Positions 40,257-53,140 of a stretch of 64,000 nucleotides of DNA are shown here, piece by piece. This DNA comes from Chiloscyllium plagiosum (taxonomy: Eukaryota). Position numbers and translations under genes: made by a program. Position 1 is the first letter of the stretch, and every line of letters starts with the position of its first letter. Location of the stretch: contig NC_057718.1 of NCBI RefSeq assembly GCF_004010195.1, forward strand, positions 19,827,880 through 19,891,879. The letters are read 5' to 3'. The notes beneath the pieces are model-generated. The model was not told where the DNA came from. It worked only from the letters and a program-made list of their open reading frames with translations, and did no database searches.

Positions 40257-42942
40257 AAGAGAATTTGAACATGAGAAGTTGCGACTTAGTCAGCGAAATC
40301 AAGTTGACAGGATGGACATTAAAAGAGAAGGTAGTGATTTATTTAATATAATAAACTTTGTCACATTTTGATGAGAAAGATATTGAAGCTTTCTTTATTT
40401 CATTTGAAAATTTGGTTGGACAGATGAGTGGTCCAAGGATATATGAGTAATGCTGGTTCAGACTAAACTGGTAGGCAGAGCTAGTGCAGTATTTGCCAGG
40501 CTGTCAGATGAGGGGTCAAGAGATTATGAAGAGGTTAAGCAGGCTATTTTAAGTGCTTATGAATTGGTACCAGCAGCAGATAGACAGTGATTCATAAACA
40601 CAAAGAAGGAACCAGGTCAGACTTATGTTGAGTTCAAAAGAATTAAATAGTCATTTTGATCGATGGGTACGTGCTTTGAAAATAGATAAGATCTTTGAGG
40701 CTCTAAGACTGATTATTCTGCTAAAAACTCACATGCAGAGATGGTAAGATTTCACATGGAGGAACAGAAAGTTCAGGCAGTGAGAAGGGCAGCAGAATTA
40801 GCAGATGAGTACATGTTGATGCATAAGACAAGCTTCTGGCCAGAATTTTGTCCTGTGAGGAATAGGATTTGTGAGAAAGGGAGATCTTACACTAGTAAAC
40901 CAACAGTGGACAGCACTGGTAAGAATTTACCACAGGATAAAAAAAGAAGCCCAAGAGGGTGGAAAGGAGGTGAAAGGTCTCAGGTGTTTTCACTGTGGTA
41001 AAGTAGGACACAAAGTCACAGTACTGATCGTTAAAGAAAGGCGCTGTGGGGAAAGGTGTGGTAAAAGAAACTAAGCCAGTGGCATTAGTAAAGGTAGTAA
41101 ATGAGACCCCAAGAGGAGCCAAGGAGCTGCGGGAGATTGCACAGCCTAGGCCAGGGCTGGATATGGAGTTAGTACCTGATCTCTACAAAGAATTTGCCTC
41201 TGTGGGTAAATTTTACTCAGAAAGAACAGGGGGAGAAGGACAAAAAGTTGTAATTTGAGAGACACAAGATCGAACCAGTCGCTGATAGTAAGGGATGAAT
41301 GAATACGCACTCTTTCTGATCTATGATCCGAGAGTGTGGTATCATGTTGGAATGCTAACTCAAGGCTGGGGAAGTTACAGTGGAAGTGCTTGACAAGAGT
41401 GTCAGTTCCAGGAGTTCAGTTTGTTTTTGGGAGTGATTTCGCAGTATCCAAGGTGGGAGTGACATCCCATGTTGTGGAGAAGCCCAAGGAAGACCAAGAA
41501 ACTGAGGAGTTAAAACAGAAATATCCTGGTATTTTCCCAGACTATGTAGTAACCAGATCCCACTCTCATAAGTCACAGCACGAAGCAAAATGTAAAGATA
41601 AAGATAAAGGAGTTGAGGTTCAGTTAGCAGACACCCTGTTTGACCTAATGGTGCAGAAAAAATCTGAACAGACAGAGAGTCAGACAGAAGTGCTTAGTCC
41701 TGAAAGGCGAAAGAACTTGCAACAGGGTTATTATCTGAAAGATAGAATCCTATGCGTACTCTGAAAAGGGGGAAGAGAATATTCCGGAGGGTTATTATCT
41801 GAAAGATAGAATCCTAGGATGGAGTGGAGACCACAGCAGGTTAGTGCAGAGGAGAAATGGGCTGAAGTGCACCAGACTGTGTAGCCAGTAGCATACAGAC
41901 AGGAAGTGTTACGGGTAGCACATGAACTACCTGTAGGAGGTCACCTAGGGGTACGAAAGTCTCAGGCTAAGGTACAAAAACATTTTTAATGGCCTGGAAT
42001 GCACAACTAATTGTTTAACTTTTACCACACATGTCATACATGCCAAACGTAGATAAGCCACAAGCGGGAATAAGACCAGCAACTTTGTTGCCAATTCCCC
42101 CATTTGAAGATAACCTTTCATGCAGGTTATCATTGATCGTGTAGGTCTCCCGCTGAGAACTAAAAGTGGGAACCAGTACTTGTTAACCAGAATGGGTGTG
42201 TCTACCAGATGTCTGGAGGCAATTCCATTATAAAGTATCAAGGCAAAAAGGGTAGTAGAGAAGTTAGTAGTTTTCTTCACACGTTATGGACTACCCAGAG
42301 CAATTCAGTCGGACCAAGGGTCAAATTTTACAGTTCGGCTGTTGAAGGTGGTTATGGATAGCCTAGGTATACAGCACTTTAAATCCAGTGCGTATCATCC
42401 CGAATCCCAGGGAGGTTTAGAAAGGTGACATCAGATCTTGAATACCATGTTGAGAGCATACCATCAGGGCTACCTGAATGATTGGGATAAAGGTATCCCA
42501 TTTGTATTGTTTGCTATTAGAGATGCCCCAAATGAATCTACTCAGTTCATTCCCTTTGAATTTATATACGGTTGTGAAGTGAGAGGCCTTTTGAAATTAA
42601 TTCAAGAAAGATTGACAGGCCCAAAGTCTGAGATCTCATACTTGGATCAGAGGTGAGGGAGAGATTAGAATAGGTGAGTTAGCTAAACAGCACCTGAAGA
42701 AGGCACAGTGTAGAATGAAACAGGTGGCAGATAAAAGCTCTGAAACTTGGACATTTTCCTGAGGAGATGACATTTTAGTACTGTTACCAGTGATAGGAGA
42801 TCCCTTCAAAGCCAAGGTTAGTGGTCCCTATCAAATTGAGAAAACGTTGAGTCAGGTGAACTATCTAGTAAAGATGCCAGATAGAAAAAAAAAGGCATCG
42901 CGTCGGTCATGTGAACATGCTGAAACAGTATTATACTAGACA

Positions 42943-43262
42943 GGGCGGCATGGTGGCACAGTGGTTAGCACTGCTGCCTCACAGCGCCAGAGACCCGGGT
43001 TCAATTCCCGCCTCAGGCAACTGTCTGTGTGGAGTTTGCACATTCTCCCCATGTCTGCGTGGGTTTCCTCCGGGTGCTCCAGTTTCCTTCCACAATCCAA
43101 AAATGTGCAGGTTAGGTGAATTGGCCATGCTAAATTGCCCATAGTGTTTGGTGAAGGGGTAAATGTAGGGGAATGGGTCTGGGTGGGTTGCGCTTCGGCA
43201 AGTCGGTGTGGACTTGTTGGGCCGAAGGGCCTGTTTCCACACTGTCAGTAATCTAATCTAAA
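42943..43262 (+). mobile_element. HE1-type V-SINE nested in the LTR element
   Basis: gggcggcatggtggcacagtggttagc...ggttcaattccc; tail taatctaatcta. Confidence 0.92.
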
Positions 43263-44893
43263 TGAGCCATTCCGAAAGAACTGGAGAAGAAGGTGTTAGT
43301 TACGCCCCGCAGAGTGAGGAATCAAATCCAGATGATGTGGATTTTGAGGTGCCTCAAAATAGATTTTAAAAATGAAGTCGTCCTTGAGGAGTGGGATAGG
43401 TTAGTAAGCTGTCTCAGGAGCATAAAATGCAGTTGAAAGATTTGTTACTGCAGTATAAGGACATATGTAAGAATCAGATGTGGAGGACTAATGCTATTAC
43501 ACATGAAGTAGACGTGAGGAATACTGCTCCGATAAAAAAACAGGCTTAATCCTTTTAAAGCCAGACAGCTCCAGAAGGAGGTGGAGGCCATGCTTGATGA
43601 GGACATCATCGAACCAAGCCAGAACAAGTAGAGTTCACCGATCATCTTAGTTCCCAAACTGGAAGGGGCTCAACGATTCTGCGTGGATTATTGGAAGGTA
43701 CTCATATCTAGTTCCTCAACTGGTGGACTATATCAAGAAAGTCAGACAAGCCAGCTACATCACCAAGTTGGACTTAATGTGTAGTTACTGGCAGGTACCT
43801 TTATCAGAGTCAGCGGAAGAAATTTCTGCTTTTGTAACCCCAAATGGGTTAGATCAGTATAAAGTGATGCCACTGGAATGAAGAATGTTCCCGCCACATT
43901 CCAAAGACTCATGAACAGAGTTGTGTCTGGGTTAACAAACTGTGCAGTCTATTTGGACGATGTAGTGATCTTTAGAAAGTCCTGGAAAGATCACATGGTA
44001 CAGTTGGCAAAGCTCTTTGAATGACTATGAGAAACAAAACTGCTGATAAAGTTAAATAAAACGGAATTTGTGAAAGCAGAGATGACGTTCTTGGGACATT
44101 ATATCGGTCATGGAAGGTTGACCCCATGGAAAGCAAAGACGAAGGTCATCGAGGAATTTCCACGACCAACCTCGAAGCAAGAGGTGCTTCCATTCTTAGG
44201 ACTCAGCAGATTCTATCGAAAGTTTGTTCCAAACAGCAGTGTTGTGGCACCGTTAACCGATTTGCTGAAGAAGAACACAAAGTTTTGGTGGACAGAACCA
44301 TGCCAGGACGCATTCGGCCATTTAAAATCAACATTAACCACCAAACCAGTTTTAGTTACACCAAACTTCTCAAAACCTTTTAAAATTGACATCAGTGTAA
44401 GTGACATAGGAGTTGGAGCTGTACTCCTATAGGAAGGGGAGGATGGGACTGAACTGCCAGTTGGTTACTTTTCAAAGAAGATCAACATCCACCAAAGGAA
44501 ATACTCCACAATCGAAAAAGAACTATTGAGATTGGAACTGGCCTGACAGTATTTTCATGTGTATGTCACGAACAATATGTCGGAGACGGTGGTGTACATG
44601 GATCACAATCCACTTACATTCTTAGAACGCTTTAAAGACAAGAATATGACAGTATTTCATTGGAGTCTTATGTTACAGACTTTTAATTTAAAAATCATAC
44701 ATGTTGCGGGTCGTAAGAATGTAATTGCAGATGCGTTATCGTGGATTTAACTGATAGAATTTAGATGAGATTTGTATTTAATGTTATGCATATATAGGAA
44801 GAAGTTAAGATGAACTTAAAGTGATCTGTATGTTTGGATGATCTGTGGTTAAAAAGAAAGCCATCTTTTAATTATGATGGTTCAATTTTTCTT

Positions 44894-44904
44894 AAGGGGG
44901 GAGG
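44894..44904 (+). other. Polypurine tract
   Basis: aaggggggagg immediately before the 3' LTR. Confidence 0.85.
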
Positions 44905-45626
44905 TGTTATGAAGATGTGGGTGTACTGTACCTTTAAAGAGAGTTAGAAGCTAGCAAAAACTACTTGACAGCACCAAGTGTTCTGAAAAAAAGATACAAT
45001 GTAACATGTGCTCCAGCTACTGGGATAACTAGGGTCGCTGGTTGTGTGGGAACAATAAAACAGATTTGAATTAGGCCAATCAGTTTAAATTATACCCCGA
45101 AAATACCAAACTCCAATCCAGTTTGAATTAAGTATATTGACAATCTTAAAAGCCAATGATACAATCCGATGCTTTGGGGGGTAGAAGACTAGGGAACATT
45201 GAACAGTTGGGAGGAGAACTGTCAGCCACCAGCATGTAAAGACCGTCTGAAAAATAGCTCTCTTAAAGGGTACCTTTACCGATAAGGAACCTGTGAAGCA
45301 GAATCCCCAAGAACAAGAAAAGACAACAGGAATACAGAGAAAACTGAAAGCTACCTGGTTTTGAGATAAGAAGCTTTGTTTTGTAAATAATGATCGGGAG
45401 TTTTATCGGTCTAGTATTGTGGAAGGGAAGGTAAAAGATAGGTTAGAGAGGAGTTGCAAATAGTTGTTAGTTAATTGTTCTCTGGTATACTTCAAGAAAT
45501 AAAGTTGTAAATTTTTACTTTAAATAGGTCTTCGCGTCTTGAATTTTCACAGATTACTGCATGGGATAAATCTTTTCTGTGTTGCCGGCTTACACTAGGC
45601 AGGAGAGTTTACCTCATGTTGTAACA
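44905..45626 (+). repeat. 3' LTR
   Basis: tgttatgaag...ttgtaaca; contains aataaa. Confidence 0.92.
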
Positions 45627-47178
45627 ATTGTTATCCTACCTGCAGACAAAGGACGCTTGACAGTCATTTTAAACTTAAGAGACGACATTGAGAAAGCAAA
45701 CGCACTGCTTGCAGATACTGACACCTACCAACAGGTGGCAATAGACCCAACCTCACAACTAAAGAACCGAATCACAGCCCTAGTCAAAAAACTTCAGAAG
45801 TCTGGAGAACTAAATAAGACAGACTTCCAAAAAATAAAACCAGGCGGATCCAACACACTACGCTTCTACGGGATAACCAAAATTCACGAAGCAGGAGCCC
45901 CCCTCAGACCCATAGTCTCGCTACCTGGAACACCAACGTACACATTAGCCAAGGAGCTACACCAAAGACTAAAACAATTAGTAGAAGACCCATGCCACTC
46001 CATCCAAGAATTCCTGAACACCAAAGACACCAAAATAGACAAGGATGAAATAATGGTCTCCTTTGACGTAACAGCCCTGTTCACATCCATCAACATCAAC
46101 CTGACCAAGGAAACACTGACTACGCGATTTGGAGAATCAAAGACACATACACCTAACACCACCAACTTCATCAGCAAGGGCAACATTATCAAGCTAGTGG
46201 ACCTATGCTTTACCACCCACTTCGATTTCAATAACATAACCTACAAACAAACCAACACAACACCCATGAGATCTCTGATATCAGGGTTCTTAGCAGAGGC
46301 AGTAACGCAGAGACTCAAACAAACAGCTCTGCCAACCATAGATGCTACGTGGATGACACCTTTGTCATCACTAAACGAAACAAATTAGAGGAAACCTTCA
46401 AGACCATCAATAATACCCTTACTGGTGTAAAATTCACTGAAGAGGAGGAAACCAACAAACTGTCATTCCTAGATGTCACTTTGAGTGAACAGTCAATGGG
46501 GAACTTCAAACCAGCGTGTATAGGATAACAACACATACGGACCAAATACTGAACTACAGAAGCAATCATTCCAAAACCCACAAACAAAGCTGCATTAGAA
46601 CATTATTTCAATGAACCACCACACATTGCAGCACAGAGGAACTATGAAGAGCAGAGGAAAATCACGTATACAGTATATTCAAAATGAACAGGTACCCAAT
46701 AAAATAGTCTGCTGATTTCTCAGTAACAAACCCAAACAAGCAGACAAAACGTGTCCAGAAACCCTAGCCACTCTCCCCTACATCAAAGACATTTCAGAAA
46801 TGACTGCCAGACTACTCAGACCCCTTGGCATGATGGTAGCCCACAAACCCACCAACGCACTAAAACAGCAGCTAATGAACTTGAAAGACCCTATACAGAC
46901 AACAAGCAAAACTAATGTCATTTACAAAATATCTTGCAAGAACTGTAACACACACTACATTGGACAAACAGGCTGAAAACTAGCCACAAGGATGCATGAA
47001 CACCAACTAGCCACAAAAAGACATGACCCACTCTCACTAATATCCTTACATATAGATGAGGAAGAACACCACTTTGACTGGGACAACACATCCATCCTAG
47101 GGTAAGGCAAACAGAGACACAAACGAGAATTCCTAGAAGCATGGCATTCCAGCCAGAACTCTATCAAAAAAACACATC

Positions 47179-48856
47179 GGACTCGGCAAAATGGCGGCGA
47201 TTCTGTAGAACTGCTGTGGACAGCTCTGCCTAACAGCCAAGGCATAACAGTGTTTTTTGCCATCCCTGGCCAACTTATGTGGTGGAAATATTTCTTTAAA
47301 TCCTTACAGAACACATATTTGTTAATATTTGGGAGTGGGGAGGATGTCAAAGGGAAAAGGAGCAAGCAAACAGCAGCAGGGAGGACACTCCCCTGCAGCA
47401 CCTACCACACCAGAGACTGCAGCAGCAGCAGCCTCTCCTGAACCCCCCCGGGGACCTGACAGACTCACAGGAATTGGCTGCGGCAATGGAGAGACTTACC
47501 TTGAAAGGTGCGATTGAGGAAATCGGTGGGGAGATTCATGCCCAGGTCCAACCTATCACATCCATGCTGCTGAAGCAGGAGCAGGAGATCCAGGGCCTCG
47601 GGGCGTGGCTGGAGGAGGTGAAGGGTCGAACTAAGGCTTCAGAAGCTGCGATAGAGTCCTCATCCAGTCGGATCCAGGTGCTGGAGCGAGAGGTGCGGGC
47701 TTTGCGAAACCATATCGACGACCTCGAAAATCGAGGTCGGAGGTTAAATCTCCGAATTGTCGGGCTCCCTGAAGGTTAGGGATTTCATCCAGAAGAAGAC
47801 TACGCTTCTCACGAAGCCCTATAAGCCCCGATACAGAGAGGTTGTTGCTACATTCCACAAGCACCCTTTCAGTTAGTGCCCTCTATCGCTTGCTGGGTGG
47901 CAGGGCTTGGCAGGATATTAACCGGTTATGTGAGGTCTGGGAGCAAGAGCTGAGAGTGGAGATCTCTTCTGAAACATGGGAGAACATATGGGAAAATACT
48001 CAAAAGATCTCAATCTGTAACAGAACATGCGCTACGCAGTTAAAGGTTCTGCACAGGGTTCATCTGGCACCAAGCCATCTGGTGAAGTTTAAAAAAGGGG
48101 CATCTTCAGTGTGCCCAAATGTAAAATAAGTGTAGGTACTCTTACCCATTGCTTCTGGACTTGCCACAGGCTCCGTGTTTATTGAAGCACTGTGGCAGGA
48201 GAGATAGGGAGGGTATTGAGGATTGAAGTCAAAGTAGACCCGATTTCTCTCCTCTTAGGTCTAGCAAATTTACCATCTTTGGACCGGCATGGGAAGAAAC
48301 TATTTAATATTCTTGCACACTGTGCACGGAAGAATATTCTGATGAATTGGGTGTCTGAGAAGCCGCCGGGCTTGCTGGGATGGCAGAAATTAATTATCGA
48401 GCACATTCCCTTGGACATTTTCACAAACATGGTGCACCACACAACAGACCATTTTTATAAGACATGGCAGCCCTACTTGAGTTGTTTGGATATAGATTTA
48501 TCAGTTATGTTAACTAGGGCCTTTGTTTAACCAGGATGATTAGATTTGTCAAGCCCTGGAGGGGGTCTCCCGAGTTAGTACGGGTATGTATACAATGGTC
48601 CCGTTCCTTTGTTTGGGAGCCTTGCGCCAAGCATAGCTGTTCTGTATTTTGTGGGTTTTTTTGGTTCGTTTTGCTTTTCTACTTTTTGGGTTTGCTTTGT
48701 ATTATACAGTAGGTATATAGTTAGTAGATAGTAGTTGTATTGTAATTTGTGTTTTTTTTTCTGAATATTATACTGATATTTGTGATTGTTTCTTTCAATA
48801 ATTTTATATGTTTGTAAAGTTAAAAAAATTGCTAATAAATATATTTACAAAAAAAA
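47179..48856 (+). mobile_element. Internally deleted L1-clade LINE (5'UTR, part of ORF1, end of ORF2, 3'UTR, A-tail)
   Basis: LRNHIDDLENRGRRLNLRIVGLPEG (ORF1 coiled-coil/RRM start); CP..THCFWTC CCHC region; aataaa plus A-tail. Confidence 0.85.
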
Positions 48857-50479
48857 TCAACCTAGAACCCCATTTACCACCCTTTGAGAAATAAAGCAGG
48901 AAATGATATCACCACAGGAACTGACATCACCAACCCAAGGAAACCTCAACACATAAATAGAAAGCAGGTCACTAACAACAGTGCTTCACCGGAAACTCAC
49001 TGATGATGTTACCTAGTATGGTGACAAAACATCTGAAAATGAACCTTCCAGTTCAGCGAGCAAACTTACATCCAGAAATCTGTGCATTTCAGCCTTAAAT
49101 CGGCCTCAACAAATCTCTGCAATGAAGAATCCACACATTCCTCATCTCAAAAGGTAGAACCTCTTACATAGTGAATATACCCTCTGGTCCTAGAGTTTCC
49201 CACAAAGGGAATCAATTTCTCCACATCTACCCAGCAAAGCCCCTGAAGAATCTTGCAAGTTTCAATAAGATCTCCTCTCATTTTTCTAAACTCTAATGGA
49301 GGACATGTTCTTTCTACCCAACCTCCCATCATACGAAAATCCCTCCATACCCAGAACCAACTGAGTGAACACTCTGTGGACTGCCTCCAATACATTTCCT
49401 TAGGTAAAGGATCCAAAACTGTTCACAGGTTTCCAGGTGTGGTCTGATTAGTGGCTTCTATAGTTTTATCAATTTTTATTTTTATACACCATTCCCTTTG
49501 GAATTAAGACCAACATTCCATTTGCCTTCCAAATTACCCATTGAACTTGGATGCTAGTTTTTTGTGACTCATATATGTGGACCTTCAAATTCCCCTTTGC
49601 TATAATTTTCTGCAGTCTTTCTCAATTTGAATAATATTAACCTGCTTTATTCTTCTTGCCAAAGTGCTTAATCACACATTTTCCTCAAATTATATTACAG
49701 CTGCCAAATTTTTGTTTGCAGACCTGCTTTATTTCCCTGGAGTTTTGGTAGTGCTTCCAGTTCAGGAATGCCTTGTGCTTGCTATTTAATAGCTCCAGGA
49801 TCACCCTAGTCACCAGTCTTGGTGTTTCCTTGCATCAAAATACAAAATACCTTCATATGTGCTACTAATGATGGATTTAAGTGTAACCAGTCTCTTGTTG
49901 TGCAATGGTAGTGTCCCTAATTCAGGACGCGGAGACCCAGGTTCAAGTGCACCTGCTCCACAGACTGTATTAATCCCTGAGCAGGTGGATTAGAAAATAT
50001 GGAACCACGTACTATGGACATTGATATTTCTGTTCGCTGAGCTTCATCAGGTTGAATGTGAGGTGCTGACTATGTAGGTATTTCTTCTCAGAATCCTGGA
50101 GTTCACTGACATTGACTTTTTGGCAGTAGCACTTCTGCAAGTGCATTTTGGTCCACGTTGATTGAGATAATAGACTAGGTTAGGCGATGGTCTGTCCAGT
50201 AGTCCTTAGATCCTGTCATGATGTGGACAATCCTGACATCCATGCAGTCCCTCATTTGAACAAGGTCAAGTTGTGGAAGATGTTAAATGTGCTTGTCTCT
50301 CTAACAAAACACAGGGTTTGTTATGACCAGGCCATGATCTATGTACACCAGGAGGAGGACTCTGCTGTAGAATATCTTCCCCATTCTTTCCTTGGTAATG
50401 GTGCAAATCTAGAGGTTTCAGACCCTCCTACCTGGCACTGAAATCAGCAAGGAGAATTATGCCATCTTCTTTTCGGACA

Positions 50480-51446
50480 CAGGACAATGGGCTGAGGAGT
50501 GGTAGATGGAGTTTAATTTAGATAAATGTGAGGTGCTGCATTTTGGGAAAGCAAATCTTAGCAGGACTTATACACTCAATGGTAAAGTCCTCAGGAGTGT
50601 TGCTGAACAAAGAGACCTTGGAATGCAGATTCATAGCTCCTAGAAAGTAGAGTCACAGGTAGATAGGATAGTGAAGGTGTTTGGTATGCTTTCCTTTATT
50701 GGTCAGAGTATAGAGTACAGGAGTTGGGCGGTCATGTTGCGGCCTTTCAGGACATTGGTTAGGCCATTGTTGGAATATTGCGTGCAATTCTGGTCTTCCT
50801 ATCAGAAGGATGTTGCGAAATTTGAAAGGGTTCAGAAAAGATTTACAAGGATCTTGCCAAGGTTGGAGGATTTGAGCTATAGGGAGAGGTCGAATAGGCT
50901 GGGGCTGTTTTCCTTGGAACATCGGAGGCTAGAGGTGTGACATAGAACATAGAAGAATACAGCGCAGTACAGGCCCTTCGGCCCTCGATGTTGCGCCGAT
51001 TCACTGTCGGCCCTATCTAAACCCCTAATCATCTTGTACACCTCTATCAAGTCACCCCTAAACCTTCTTTTCTCCAATGAAAACAGCCCCAAGTGCCTTA
51101 GCCTGACCTTATAGAAGCTTCTAAAATCATGAGAGGAATGGATAGGATAATTAGACAAAGTCTTTTCCCTGGGTTTTGGGATTCCAGAATTAGAGGGTTT
51201 AGGTTGAGAGGGGAAAGATATAAAAGAGACCTAAGGGGCAACTTTTTTCACACAGAGGGTGGTGCATGTATGGAATAAGCAGCCAGAGGAAGTGGTGGAG
51301 GCTGGTACAATTGCAACATTTAAGAGGTATTTGGATGGGTATATGAATAGGAAGGGTTTGGAGGGATATGGGCAAGTGGGACTAGATTAGGTTGGGATAT
51401 TTGGTCGGCATGGATGAGTTGTTTCCGTGCTGTATATCTCTATGAT
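50480..51446 (+). mobile_element. CR1 3' portion with a nested antisense CR1 fragment (50942-51103)
   Basis: LVRPLLEYCVQFWS; insert reads RHLGLFSLEKRRFRGDLIEVYKMI on minus; tgac on both sides of the insert. Confidence 0.88.
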
Positions 51447-51879
51447 TGATCAAGGCTGCAGATGAACTCTCCTTTGGGCTCATCAGGCGTTTTCAGTGAT
51501 CTGTGGTGTTCACACCGATAATTGTAGTGTACTGCTTCTGGGATGGGGACAGACGAAAGAGTAATGAGGCACATATTTATCCAAAAGGGGATTCACTGAA
51601 ATAGTCAACTGGTATGGCACAGCCAACCCCATGGAATGTGTGTTTTCTTTTGGTTTACCTTTTCTAAAGGGGGCACACGTATTGGCAGTCAAGACCTTCC
51701 TTGGCCTAAGCACTCAAGGACCTACCACACCATGATATGAACGGAATTATGCTCAATAAGGACTGACAGGCAGCGAGTGCTCATTGGAAGGGGCACTCAG
51801 GGATCTCGTTGTCTGAGACTCAGTTGGCAATGTGGATGGTCTTGACAACATCCATGCTGCCCAGCACCGTTTGTACAAC

Positions 51880-53140
51880 CCCAATCTGATGAGAGATTGA
51901 AATGGCCATGCAAAACCTACAAAGCCGTTGGTGCAGATGGAAGCCCCACCAAAATGTTAAAATATAGTTTTGAAGCACATTTGGCATGAAAACGCAACTT
52001 CAGTATAAATTTGGAAGGAGGAAAGCATGCCAGGGTTCTCTGCAACGCTGTACTTGTGACTATCTTCAGGTGAAAGGCATAAGACTGACCGCAGCAATGA
52101 GAGTATCTCCACTGACTGCCAAAGGAAAGTATCCTCTTCAACTGCCTTCTTCAAATGACTGAAGAACTCTCTCCTGGCATCACAATGCAAATTCCGTCTA
52201 ACAACGGGTAAATAGGCAAAGTCTTTTCCCTGGGGTTGGGGAGTCCAGAACTAGAGGACATAGGTTTAGGGTGAGAGGGGAAAGATATAAAAGAGACTAA
52301 GGGGCAACTTTTTCATGCAGAGGGTGGTACGTGTATGGAATGAGCTGCCAGAGGAAGTGGTGGAGGCTGGTACAATTGTAGCATTTAAGAGGCATTTGGA
52401 TGGGTATATGAATAGGAAGGGTTTGGAGGGATATGTGCCGGGTGCTGGCAGGTGGGACTAGATTGGGTTGGGATATCTGGTCGGCGTGGACAGGTTGAAC
52501 CGAAGGGTCTGTTTCCATGCTGTACATCTCTATGACTCTAAGAGGCACATGATCTTCACAGTGAGGTAAGTCCAAGAGAAATGCAGAGGGATAGCAGTAA
52601 CCTCTACATTGCCTCCTAGGCTTTAACTCTATCAACAAAGAGTGACCATGGAGCATCCTCCTAATTTTTGGCTGCCCACAGAAATTCATTATCTTCCAAA
52701 TGCTGAATGAAGGGATGCAAGCCAAGATTCTCCCCAATAGATCCACCACAGATACAATATGACTGCAAGGTGGGGTGAAGGAAGAGTGTGTTATTGCACC
52801 AATACTCTTCTCCATCTTCCTCAGCGTGGCACTCCACACCATATCCTTGAAGTTTCTCAGTAGAGTGAAGCACCTCTACAAGACAGGCGGAAAACTGTTC
52901 TCAATCTGTATCATCTCAACGCAGATCCAAGACCATCTCAAAACCTTTTGAGCTGCAGTACCAAGATGACAATTTCATGTGAGCTATGTCCGAGCTTCAA
53001 AACACCATCACGTGAGCAAATGGGCCTTTGGCTAAAAATATGGAAAACAAAGGTTCTCTACCATATTACATCCAACACAACTCTGGCCCCTACTACCAAG
53101 ATCCACAATGAGCCCCTGGACAGCCTAAACCAGTTCTGAA
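51880..53140 (+). mobile_element. Degenerate RTE-clade LINE remnant, interrupted by a CR1 3' end (52210-52540)
   Basis: GVKEECVIAPILFSIFL RT motif at ~52772-52822; KFGCP-like remnant. Confidence 0.6.

Larger units (their letters stand above)
39058..45626 (+). mobile_element. Gmr1-like Ty3/Gypsy LTR retrotransposon (gag, integrase, RT, RNase H order), degenerate
   Basis: LTRs 39058-39564 and 44905-45626 (TGT..ACA); tRNA-Pro-type PBS; PPT; CFHCGKVGH knuckle; integrase HELPVGGH/CHTC/QSDQGSNFT precedes RT YLDDVV and RNase H DHNPL..NVIADALS. Confidence 0.93.
38066..49076 (+). mobile_element. Penelope-like retroelement (RT plus GIY-YIG), degenerate, with inverted 5' arm 38066-38866; interrupted by an LTR element and an L1
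   Basis: LKKDKN|IVILPADKG, LRPIVS, VSFDVTALFT, YVDDTF, NVIYKISCKNCNTHYIGQTG. Confidence 0.92.
37925..49710 (-). mobile_element. Old CR1 3' portion split into 37925-38064 and 49075-49710 by the Penelope insertion
   Basis: 3' tail (gatcatggctgatctg) on the left; LEFRKMRGDLIETCKIL on the right; agaaatctgt repeated at both junctions. Confidence 0.65.

Noticed and set aside
41724..41817. Duplicated gggttattatctgaaagatagaatccta
   Set aside because: Small local duplication inside a decayed pol; no functional sign
42943..43015. tRNA gene
   Set aside because: It is the tRNA-derived head of a multi-copy SINE
45579..46388. 269-aa RT ORF as an active gene
   Set aside because: Its start lies in the LTR, and it frameshifts before YVDD; a decayed Penelope fragment
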